From Azolla caroliniana (lineage: Eukaryota; Plantae; Polypodiophyta), in contig JBHGNT010000004.1 of NCBI GenBank assembly GCA_043228905.1, positions 11,594,001 to 11,658,000 of the forward strand: a stretch of 64,000 nucleotides of DNA, written 5' to 3'. Each line of letters begins with the position of its first letter. Positions within the stretch are counted from its first letter, which is position 1. Shown piece by piece: positions 1 to 11,262 of the stretch. Below the pieces are notes generated by a model that saw only the letters and a list, made by a program, of their open reading frames with translations, had not been told where the DNA came from and did no database searches. Both the position numbers and the translations under genes were made by a program.

Positions 1-2593
1 CACACCGCGCCCACAACCGACCGATTTTTCCTTTCGGCCTAGCATTGCTCCGACGTATATCTACAACTGAATTCACGTCGAATTCCCATTTGTTGTAGAT
101 ACCCGTTGAATTGAACGGAAAAGTACTCTTTTCCGCCATCCGACCGCAGGCACTTGATCTTTCTTCCTGTTTCCCTTTCGACGAAGTTCTTGAGGTTCCG
201 GAAATAGTCGACAGCATTGCCCACGCTGCGTCCACAACCGACCGATTTTTCCTTTCGGCCTAGCATTGCTCCGGCGTATATCTACAACTGAATTCACGTC
301 AAATTCCCATCTGTTGTAGATACCAGTTGAATTGACCGGAAAAGTACTCTTTTCCGCCATCCGACCGCAGGCACTTGATCTTTCTTCCTGTTTCCCTTTC
401 GACGAAGTTCTTGAGGTCCCGGAAATAGTCGAAGACTTCACTCTTCTTCTCAATGAGGTAGATCCACGTGTGTTGCGTATAGTCGTCAATGAAGGAGACC
501 AAATATCAACTCCCACCAAGACTAACATTCTGTGTCGGCCCCCATACATCGGAATGTATCAAGTCGAGCTTGTTCCGGCTTTGGTTATGCTCGTTAGGGA
601 AAGGAAGTCGGTGTTGCTTCCCTAGCTGGTAGGCTTCACAAATTTGTGCCTTCTGGCCACTAAATTTGAGCAATCCGAATACCACTTGTTTCGATTGCAG
701 GTCCTCAAGCCGTTGATAGTTGATGTGGCCTATCCGCTTGTGCCATAAGTCGATATCCGACTCGACCTTTTGTCCTTTCGCGAACATTGTGGTGCCACCA
801 TCACTAGAGTCAAGGATAAACATCCTCCCGTCTCTGCGCCGTTCCACAATAACTCGGCCTTCTTCCTCGATGAAGCACCTGAGGTGTGTGAACCGGACTT
901 GCATCCCCTGGTCGACGATCTACCCGACCGACACCAGATTCTTCGTGATTGTCGGGACGTGTAACACGTTCATGAGTTTCCCTTTCTGCCCGACATGGCT
1001 CGAGGGAACTTCACCGACATTCGCGATCGGATGCGGAGTGTTGTCTCTGGTTGCGACTACTCCCGGTTGCATCGGTTTCTCAAGGTATGAGAACCATTCC
1101 TTGTGGCACATCATGTGGTTTGATGCGCCGGAGTCGACGTACCACACCTCGTCCGATTTCGGGGTGGACTTCATCATCGAGTTCGCTTCGTGTCTCGTCA
1201 CGAAGGCTGACCCTTCTCCGGCTTTTCCGGATCCTTCGGCGTAGTGCGATCATTGCCGATTACCCTTGTCAGTTTGTCTGGAACCTGATCCAGATCCGGT
1301 CCTCTCCGAATCGGCGCGCTTCTTCCAGCACTCGCTCTCCTTGTGGCCTTTCTTGCCACAGTACCGGCATTCCACGGCAGATTTCCCTTGCCGATTCTCG
1401 TCACCTCGACTCCCCCTATTTCTGGAGGGTCCGAAATTGTTGTCGGCATCACTTCGGTGCCTTCTTCCTTGATCCCGTCGACCGCTTCCATTGCGTGCCA
1501 ACTTGCCTCATCCGCCACAACCACGGGGCCTATCTCCCTCCGTGTACAGCATCTTGTTGTCGGCATGCGTGCTCGTCGACGCACCCGCGTGGTTCTCCTC
1601 TATAAGGAGCATCGACTGTAGGTCGAAAAACGACGGCGTATTCTCCTGTGTACACACAGCTATTCGGAATGCTCCGAACTTCAACGCCAGTCCCCCGAGA
1701 CAGATCTGCACCATCTTGCCTTCCTTGATGTTCACATCAATAGAGGCTAAAGAGTCGTATATCTCTTTGATCTTCGAGGTGTAATCAGCCACCGACAAGT
1801 CGTGTTGTCGTAAGTTACTCAGCTCCTATCGGAGTTGAATCTTCCTGGTTGTGGTGCTTGCGGCAAAAATCTTCTTCAGATTTCCCCAAGCATCTTTCAG
1901 CGTTTTCGCATCCTGAATATAGTTCAAAAGTTGTTCGCCCACACAAGACGCAAAGCAATAGAGAACTCTGCTCGCCGATTGTTCCCAAGCCAGGAAGTCT
2001 TTGTGTGTCGAATCGGTGTGTCATTTGCTCCGTCGACATAGCTCCAGTAACCGTGCCCGAGCAGGTACTGGTGCATCTTGTAAGACCAAGATGTGTAGTT
2101 ATTTCTATCGAGCTTCTCTGTTAGAAGCGGGCTAGGTTTTCTTTTTGAGCTAAGGTCGGCTGCAGAGGTTCTCAACGCTCGCACTCTGATACCATGTAAA
2201 AAGAATAGTGTGCGGAAGCAATAGAAAACCGAACACAGAAACGCAGGTTTAATGGAGAGCTTGAATATACACATTACGCAAGAGAGAGAGAGAGCACACA
2301 AAACTCAATTCAAAAATAATACTCAATTTGTACATAGGATGTGCTTAGTGAGCACTTTTATACAAGTCCATGCGGACTGACAGAAGTACTGACACGTACT
2401 TCAATGCTCATAAATGAGCTCTACACTAACTCCCAAAATATATTCCTCGCAGTTTATGCACCGCTACGGCTTCTTGTTGCATACCGGTCTACGCACCGAT
2501 TTACGCACCCGGTTTACGCACCAGTCTGGCCTAACCGATCCGGTTCTCGGCTTGCACAGCCAATCCGGCCAATGTTGAGCTTGTATCTCAACA
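1..2593 (-). mobile_element. Ty1/copia LTR retrotransposon, decayed, running off the left edge (5' LTR 2195-2593, PBS, gag, protease, integrase)
   Basis: Minus-strand fragments encode gag (LDRNNYTSWSYKMHQYL), zinc knuckle CRYCGKKGHKESEC, protease WYVDSGASNHM, LWHKRIGH and integrase FIDDYT...LRSDGGKEY. Many stops and frameshifts. The LTR reads TGTTGAG...TTTACA and is followed by the PBS. Confidence 0.93.
2183..2194 (-). promoter_or_regulatory. Primer-binding site, tRNA-iMet type
   Basis: TGGTATCAGAGT directly after the LTR end at 2195. Confidence 0.9.
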
Positions 2594-3073
2594 ATAACTT
2601 ATGGGATCTAGTATCAAATATTGGGGTGTTGAGGGATGTGGGTGTAGTTCTTTTTTCTTGGGATTCCTCAATTGTTCTTTTCATCCAATCAATCTTCGGG
2701 TTATGTAGTTCAAACCCAGGGAGACCTAGAACTAATGGGTGTTCTGGACTACGAATAATGTTGAAAGAGATTATGCTTGCCAAATCACCAAGAACTACAC
2801 GAATTGGCTCGGACTCTTCGACTATATCACCTGATGCTATGGGACGGTCATCGATGACTTCTACGGATACTGGGTTAGGGAGACAAATTCACGATCCATG
2901 AAACAAGAGTAGGCTCCAGAATCTAAGAGGGCAGAGGCTAGGACTCAATGTACTAAGCTCAACTTGTGCAAAAAAAACTCGACTAACTTGATTTGATGAA
3001 ATGGAACCATGACTAGGAACTAACTCTAGATATCTAGGGTTGTCCAACCAAATGGCTCCTATTTTGGCCGGAC

Positions 3074-4375
3074 TTACTCATTTAACACATCCTCTAATTG
3101 GCTCAAGACATCGAATCTATTCTCATGGCATGGACTATTAGGCTTACTTATGTTATTAGAAGTAATAATGGAGTTTGAAGTAGGGTTGTCTTGTGCACTT
3201 ACTTGGTATACTTGACTTCTAGGTTTATGCGAACAATTCACGGCTATATGTCCTGGACCCCCACAATATAGACATAAGTGGTGTGATCGACGTCGTTGCT
3301 TCTCAGCATCCGATAAGGGCCCCCGACGTTGTGTTGAATCTATTTCCATTGGAGTTGGGCCATCCCTCATGATGGGTCTAGACACTTGTGGAGGCGTTGC
3401 GACTATAGAAGCGTATGTTTGTTCCAGTTGACAGCGCAACATTTGTTGGCACTCCGAGCGTCGCTCAAATAGGCGATTATCACATCGCACAACTCGACTA
3501 ATTGTCTTTGTAAGAGATTTTGGATCTTCGTGAAAGGTAAGAAGAAGATCTTTGACATCATTATGCAAACCTTAACGGAATTGATCCATTAGAGCTGCCT
3601 CATCCCAAGGGATATCACATGCCAAGAGATGGAAATCGGTTGTGTAAGCCGACGCGGGACAATCTCCTTGTCGAAGCCTTCGAATCTTGTTTATTGCCGT
3701 CCTAGTGTTGTCGGTATCTCCAAAGCTAGCTTGAAACTCCTTAACAAACGCCTCAAAATCCTCCAACAATGGCGCCTCATCCCAAGGGATATCGCATGCC
3801 AAGAGATGGAAATCGGTTGTGTAAGCCGACGCGGGACGATCTCCTTGTCGAAGCCTTCGAATCTTGTTTATTGCCGTCCTAGTGTTGTCGGTATCTCCAA
3901 AGCTAGCTTGAAACTCCTTAACAAACGTCTCAAAATCCTCCAACAATGGCGATTTCTTCATGAGGAGTGGTGCAAACCATGCTAGTGTTGTACAACTTAG
4001 CAAGGTTCCTACTAATCCCACACGAGAAGCTTCCGTTGGGTATCGATTGGGATGTAACTGAATAACTAAATGTACTTGATTCAAAAAGCCTCGAAATAGA
4101 GACCTCGTACCATCAAAGTTAGCACAGAGGCTAATCTTCGGTTCTTTGGGGTAGTTTTGAACCCCCAACGCTTGTTCTCGTAATGATAATATAGTAGCCT
4201 CAAGTTGGCGAACCCCTTGTGACAACTCTTCATATTCTTGTGCTTTCTCAGTACTCACATGTTGTAGGTTCCCGAGTGGCCTTTGATTTTCTTGCTCTAG
4301 TGCCACAAATTTATTCGTGAGCATGTCGTGTTCAGAAAGGACGCGCATATATTCTTGTTTGCTCACGGACTCCAT
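3074..4375 (-). pseudogene. Gypsy gag, interrupted near 3570, with a 59-aa tandem duplication
   Basis: ORFs 3572-4375 and 3074-3568. Confidence 0.85.
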
Positions 4376-4468
4376 ATCTTACGAGGGAAGAAGAAAAGAA
4401 AGAAGGAAACTTATTAAGGTTCTTGAAAGAGAAAGAAATGAGGGAGGAAAGAAAATTTTGGTTCAAAC

Positions 4469-4475
4469 TGTCAAG

Positions 4476-4544
<69 letters not shown>

Positions 4545-4640
4545 ATTGTAAAGATAATGTATCGCACTAGAAGATATTGTCAAGACTGAGAGAGAGAGAG
4601 AGAGAGTATATTGTAAAGATAATGTATTGCACTAGAAGAT
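4469..4640. repeat. Tandem duplication of the LTR end containing (GA)n
   Basis: TGTCAAGACT(GA)nGTATATTGTAAAGATAATGTATYGCACTAGAAGAT at 4469 and 4578. Confidence 0.9.
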
Positions 4641-5041
4641 GGAATATAATAACAACAAGGGAGCTCTAGAATGGCGTTGAACCAAATTGGTTCATCTCTT
4701 ATTATTAGATGCATATTTATAAGTCTTAATAGGGTATTCTAGAAAATCTTAGAATAAAGGTTATGCTAGAATATTCTAGAACGTTCTAACAATAGAGCAC
4801 TCTCAAATATTCTAGAACATTCTAGAACATAGGCACTCTTGAATATTCTAGAACGTAGAGTACTCTAGAATACTAAGTTATGATATTATATATAGTTTAT
4901 AAATTCTTTACACATAAATATATCATTACAATAGTTAAGAACTCGACACGTATATAACAAGGTTGTGGGTTTGGTTCTTTGTAAACCCAAATTGTAAGTG
5001 TCATCATGACAGCACGGACTTGCTTGTGAGGTTGCTGAAAG

Positions 5042-5401
5042 TAACAATCGGCAACGATTCGGTTTGGTTTGAGAGGGTTCTAAACCGAACCGTTTAAAAG
5101 TTTTGAAACCTGAACCGATCGGTTTCGGTTTTCATCAAAGGTCAAATTTTAAATTTATAATATTCCATTTTTTTAAAGTTTTTAAAATTTTAAGATGTTC
5201 CTAAAATGTGAGAATAAGGTCTAAAATGAAAGATTGTTTAAAAAAAATTAATTTTTTAATTTTTTTTAAAGAAATAATAATAAACCATTTAAATCATGAT
5301 TTCTGACTATTGAAACCGAACCGAACCGTTGAAACCATTAAGTTGTTAAGCCTCAGTTTCGTGGTTCGATTCGGTTCAAACCGAACTGTTGCCAATTGTT
5401 A
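5042..5401. mobile_element. Non-autonomous hAT-type DNA transposon (MITE), 360 bp
   Basis: Imperfect ~25-bp TIRs TAACAATCGGCAACGATTCGGTTTG / CAAACCGAACTGTTGCCAATTGTTA. 8-bp TSD GCTGAAAG (5034-5041) / ACTGAAAG (5402-5409). Subterminal AACCGAACCG motifs. Confidence 0.8.
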
Positions 5402-7479
5402 ACTGAAAGGGGGAGACAGAAATTAGATGCCTATTGATGACTGTCATAGCCTCTGGATCATCATTTGCCTCATACAACAAGAGACTGGAATGGAGAACCC
5501 CCCCATATCGTTGATCCCCAAGAGAAGAGGCATCCTAGTAATTGTCAGGAATAAAGAAAGAACTTTATTCCATACCTGATGGGTTAGTGAGCAAGACCAG
5601 AGAGCATGCTTTGTAGTTTCTTACATGTCACCGCAATAACAACATTGTCTAAGAATGGTTGTCACATCTCCTTTAGTGATTAACCTACTAGTAGTGCTAC
5701 ATGTAGTAAAATCCATTTGAAGAAAATATATTTGGTTGGTCCCTTGAAAGACCAAATCCATTTCCAATAAACCTTCAAATGCATACTTGAAACACCCCAA
5801 TTATTCCAATGTTTCTAAGTTGCAGTAGTTGGAGTATTCTTAGACATGAGCAAGGTTCTACCAAATTTCATAGTGTACTAAAAGAATGGAACTTTCTGCA
5901 ATGGATCCATGATGGGATTTCTATAGTGAATTATCTGAGGTATATAAGGCTACAATTTATTGTCCTGTTGAATAGGAAAATAAAAAATATAACCATTTGC
6001 AGAAATTCCTTTAACAAAAAGCATCATTTCATTCGTTAGGCAACCAAACCAAATATGCTCTTGCATTGGCTGAAGTTGCATCAAGGCCTATGAGAAAACC
6101 GTTGAAATCTTTGTTGTCATTGTCTTCGCACCATATACTGAGTGTAACTGCTTACGCCGATCCACTTCTGACATTTATTGAAAGTGAATACAAGATGTCA
6201 TTGGCGCTACTAGCCCATTATCAAGTTTTCCGCAAGTAAGACGAGTTCTAAGGCCCAATACATTTCCAACAGAATACCGAATGACAGAATTAGCTAGAAG
6301 AGGTTGATTCATCCAGCCATCCTACGTTTCAAGCATCTGTTTTGTAAGAAAATCTTGATTACATCCCATGCTTTGACGATTCCCATGAGAAATCTATCGG
6401 ATGCCAGATTCCATCCAAGTGGACTCTGTATAGTGGCAAAATCAAACTATTACGTTACTACTATTATAACAATTCTTGTAACATATCTTGCTATAAATAG
6501 ACACAAGCTTTGCAAGAACCATAAGAGTTCGAATCCCTGTAGCTTGAATTACCTCTTTATATACTTCGAGTTGGAGAGTTCACATTGGTCCAATAGATCG
6601 GCCTTTCACTTTGTGTCTTACTTGCAACCAATTAAAGTTTGGACCTACTTAATCATTGCAAATATTTCTCTGTGTTGGCCTTCATAACTTTTGCATGTAC
6701 TATGAGGAATGGTAAATGATCTTTTAAAAAGGGTCTTGTTTGGGGGAAATTATCACTTCCATCCCCCAACTCTGAATTAAATGTGAGGTAATAATTTTGA
6801 ATTCTTATTCAAACTATTTTTGTGTCTTTGTTAAACAAAATTTCTAAAAAGGAACATCGAACCTTTTTTTTTCATGCAATAACAAAATTTCATGTTAAAC
6901 CAACATCCATCCTTTCAATAAACTTTCACTGAAGGAGAATTTTGTCTAGTCTCATCAATATTCCAAGCAACTTCAAATTATGTGAAGTAGGGAACATTAT
7001 CAAAAGTACATACGAACTATTTAAAGATTAAAATAATACAAAACAAAAGTGGCATAAGAAAAATGTGTTTTATTGGTTTTAATGCATGAAGGTCACATGC
7101 TTATGGATATAAAGTTTCTTATAATAAGGCATATCTGTGGGATCCATATATGAGGTGAAAGTGATGTTCAGACATTTATTTGATCTTGATCAACTAAAGT
7201 TATAGGTAGTTATTAACCCAAGAGCACAAGAGCGCATAATGTGTCCCATCTTCATATAGCTGGCATTTTGTGAAGGGCACAAAATAAAAATTAACTAAAT
7301 AGTTTATCAAAGAATCTAATTCCTTAACTAGAGTCCTATGTATTTTCTTTTATTTTCCTCAAAATTACACAAACACTCTATGGAGTTGGCTATGACATTT
7401 GGTTGGTTCATGGTAACCATGAATTTGAGCATGACCCACATAAGGATAAAAAGATTGATATGATTTGCAAAACACAACA

Positions 7480-8015
7480 CGATGTATCACCGTATTTTTG
7501 CAAATGTGGTGATGAATTGACCTATAGAACCCATTGGAGATCTTGAGGAACTATGGAATAACCTATAAATAATGAAAAGAACATTCTCATACTTCTTTTA
7601 TATTTCACTAATACAAAAAACACAAATAGGCAAGAGTACGTAAACTTGTGAAAGTAGACATTTGATTGAAAAATAATAGACTACATTACCAAATCATTGT
7701 CAATAAACTCATTACGTTATACAACATATAGCATGTCTTTTTACAAATGGCTAAATGCACAATGTGATGTTTCACCTATTTTTTACAAATATAGCACCCA
7801 TTAGAGATTTGGAGGACTAATGGCAATAACCTATAAATAATGAAAAGAGTATTAATATCACACAACCTTTATATTACACAAATACAAAAATCATAAATAG
7901 GCAAGAGTCATAAACTTTTTAAGTAGGTGTCTTATTGAAAATAATACACTACCCTACAAAGGCGTAAACTTATTACATTGTCATAAAATGTGTAATTTTT
8001 CAATTGGCTAAAGGC
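7480..8015. repeat. Diverged ~280-bp tandem duplication
   Basis: AATAACCTATAAATAATGAAAAGA and AAATAGGCAAGAGT each occur twice about 270 bp apart. Confidence 0.7.
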
Positions 8016-9760
8016 ACATGACTAATGCCTGTATGTTGTTCTTATTGGTTATACAATACTGTAAAAAGCTCTTATGGACTGAATATATTGATGGGATGAC
8101 ATGATTGGCATAGTGATTGATCAATAGTGGAGATACCATAATGAGAAGATTGTTTCAGCCTATTTAGGGATCAAACAACTTGTTTCCATGGTCCTTTCTT
8201 GGGAAGGATTTTTCTTGGCTCTTTTGTGGTGTAAAAAAGTGTGTATAGGTTCCAACGGGAAAAAAATGGGATGTTGAAACAAGAAGAAATTAGAAATGGG
8301 AGTTGAGAGTTCTTGAACTTGTATTCCTAAGAATGTGGAAGATATAATCAAGTTGAAGCTAAATTCCTAATGAATTGAATAATTTAAACTCATATTTAAC
8401 TATTGATATCATGCCATAACCTTCGTGTATTGTGTAGGTGCATTAGAAACACTTGGTATACTCAATGAGAAGAATTTTGAACTAATTATCATGCTCCTCA
8501 TGTTGGTATGTAATGGTCGACAAAGAGGCAATCACATAGAATTTGAGAGAGATCGATAGATTTTATTGGCATTGTTGGACTAGAGTGAACGTTTGGAACT
8601 GAGAAATGAAACTGGATGTTCATATTTTACTAATGAATATTGCAATTGAAGTGCACATTGTGAATGTGAAAGAAACGTGTGTAGTTAATGAATCAAATTG
8701 ACATATGTGGAAACCAATTAAATTTAAACATGTTTGAAGTTGGGAGTGTTGTTGTAGAGTTTGTGATTGATGTAATCAATCAAACTAGTTCGTCGGCAAA
8801 GGTTTTTCAACTCTTAAGATCAAAATCAAGAGTTCTAGTCGGAGTTCGACAAAGATAAAGTATCATCATTATGGTGGAATATTGTCACTTTGGTAAATAA
8901 AAGCTTGTATTCCCAATTTATACTAATATATTTTTATCATATATACTGTTTTAAAGCTACTTCTTTAATCCTACATGATCTCCATCTCTTGTCTATGCTC
9001 ATCTCTCTCCCTTTTGTTTACAAATTCTCCTCATTGGCCTTGAATAGTTGTTAAAATAAGAGTGCATGTGATGTGTGATTGCTACTTGGCGCAAATTTGT
9101 TACATGTGATGCATGACAACCATGTTGCTCATCTCCGTCAACATAATTACAATAATGAGAATATAAACTCATAGAAGATTTTATTCAAATGTTTCACACT
9201 TGGTGGTTTATATATAACCTTCATAACATCGTCATAATAGAATGTGATAAGTTTAGACTCATCACCTCATTTTCATGTAACAAATATGCATAGCTAACGA
9301 GTCTCTTCTCCTCTTCTATGCCCCTATGCCTAAATCTCAAATCAAAGAGAATGTGAGCTAACTCATGTCTAAGCGAAGATGTGGACCAACTTCCAAACAT
9401 TTCGCCGTATCCTAGTGCGAATCCATCTCAAAATCAAAATTGATGTTCCTCACATCCATCCTATAAGATTTTTTGACTTCCTTTTCTTGCTGGAAAGTTA
9501 CGTACTTTTCTTCTTTATGTGATGCATAATCGACATCATGAGCTTGAAGCGAAGATGATGTACGAGCTAATTGGGTTCTTTTTTTGGGCGTGGGGGAAGA
9601 GCAGAGGGTTGGGGGGCTGTCGAGTTCAAAGGCATCGCATTGCATGTCATGGATGTTGTTGTTGGGAACCCGCAAAGAGTAGATAGTGAGCAGGAGAATA
9701 AAACAAAAACAAAGAGTAGATAGTGACCAGGAGAATAAACCAAAAACAAAAACAAAAGTG

Positions 9761-9762
<2 letters not shown>

Positions 9763-9817
<55 letters not shown>

Positions 9818-9819
9818 TA

Positions 9820-9862
<43 letters not shown>
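9763..9862. repeat. Compound microsatellite (GT)n(GA)n(TA)n upstream of the bHLH gene
   Basis: Seen directly. Confidence 0.97.
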
Positions 9863-9865
<3 letters not shown>

Positions 9866-10038
9866 AAAGGGATGTTGTCGTAATGAATCAATCTAGCTGT
9901 GTTTTCTCTCCTCTGTTTCTTATATTACCTCCTTCCTTTCTGTCCTCCTCTCACACCTGATGAATTCGCACTAACCATGTCTTACTTGCCTACATAATCC
10001 CCTACTACTCCCCCTGCACACTGCCCTCCTATTCCTAT

Positions 10039-10475
10039 ATGGCTCCGACTTACTCTGCCCGCTCTTCCCAGCTTCTGAGTTTCATGGACATTATAGAGCA
10101 TCTAGAACTAAGCGTTGATGGCGAGGAGCATGGTAGTAGCGGTGATGATGATCTGAGGGGCATATCTGATTCCTCCATTAACCCTAGCCTTTCCTGTTCG
10201 CATGAAGACTGTGAAGAAGACAAAGGAAAGATTTCCTCATTCTTTAGTGACATATGGAGAGAGATGTTAATGGAGACTTGCATGATGAGATCTAATAATA
10301 CTCCTGACATGGCCAATTGTTGTCACCATCCTAATACACCTAAGCCAACCCACAATCCTTGTATGAATTGTGACACCATGCCATTCAATATACCATGTAA
10401 TAGTACCATTAAGTACAATGCTAGCGGTGCTTCGTCTAACCCATTACACACTTACCCATGCACTAGCCCTCTAAG

Positions 10476-10517
<42 letters not shown>

Positions 10518-11262
10518 GAGCAGTAGCAGCTTTATCTCATGTGAATCATCAATTCCATTGCCATTGTGTATTCATGGTTACAACGACCAAGTACAAGAAT
10601 TCCCTTGTTTGGTACATCACTATGTTGAACATGGCGATCAAATTTGCAGTCCCCAACAATACAAGGATGAACTACATTGGGAACCAGATGTCTCCTTAAG
10701 TTCATGCGGCCGTCAATTGTTGAATGTTAATCACACGAGTATTCCTAACCATGAGAAATACACTACGTCGTCGTCATTGTCGTCATTCAATTTCTCTAGC
10801 TTGGATGACATGCTTCCAATTCCAATACAAGACCAATCCCTCATGCCAACATTAGCTACAAACCATATGCATGACCCATTGAAAACATCTAGTCTAATTC
10901 CACCCAAACAGTTGCTCTATGGAAGAGAAACCATGGTCAAGCCAATCGAGGTGACATTGACAATAAAAAATAATATCGAAAATTCATCAACCAAGCCAAC
11001 AAGAAGGAGGAATGTGAGGATATCCAAGGATCCACAAAGTGTTGCAGCAAGACATCGAAGGGAGAGAATAAGTGAGAAGTTGCGGACCTTGCAACAACTT
11101 GTACCAGGGGCCACGAAATTAGACACAGTCTCCATGTTGGAAAAAGCCATCCAATACCTAAAGCTCCTTAAGTCACAGGTAGAATGTTTTCCTAGCTTAA
11201 ATGAAGAGTACATGACATGGATCTCATTTGCAAGGTCACATGACATTTGTAATTATATGTAG
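10039..11262 (+). CDS. bHLH transcription factor, subgroup VIII (HECATE/INDEHISCENT-like), apparently a single exon
   Basis: 407-aa ORF. The C-terminal [59 protein letters not shown] matches the HEC-type bHLH. The long low-complexity N-terminus has a poly-Thr tract. Exact start and 3' end need transcript data. Confidence 0.9.
10477..10515 (+). repeat. (ACT)n coding microsatellite (poly-Thr)
   Basis: Seen directly. Confidence 0.95.

Larger units (their letters stand above)
2594..4930 (-). mobile_element. Ty3/gypsy remnant, Tf1/sushi/Tcn1-like (5' LTR ~4469-4930, gag, protease)
   Basis: Gag EPKISL..FDGTRSLFRGFLNQV..GPTPMEID, knuckle CLYCGGPGHIAVNC and protease ALLDSGAYSCF (~2897-2940). The LTR reads TGTAATG...CTTGACA on the minus strand. 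Confidence 0.85.

Noticed and set aside
2940-3090. gag-pol frameshift site in the Tcn1-like remnant
   Set aside because: Too decayed to fix the frame, and no clear slippery heptamer.
4317-4589. ORFs with (RE)n or (SL)n, and similar ORFs at 9686-9960 and 16733-17189
   Set aside because: Translations of microsatellite or low-complexity DNA.
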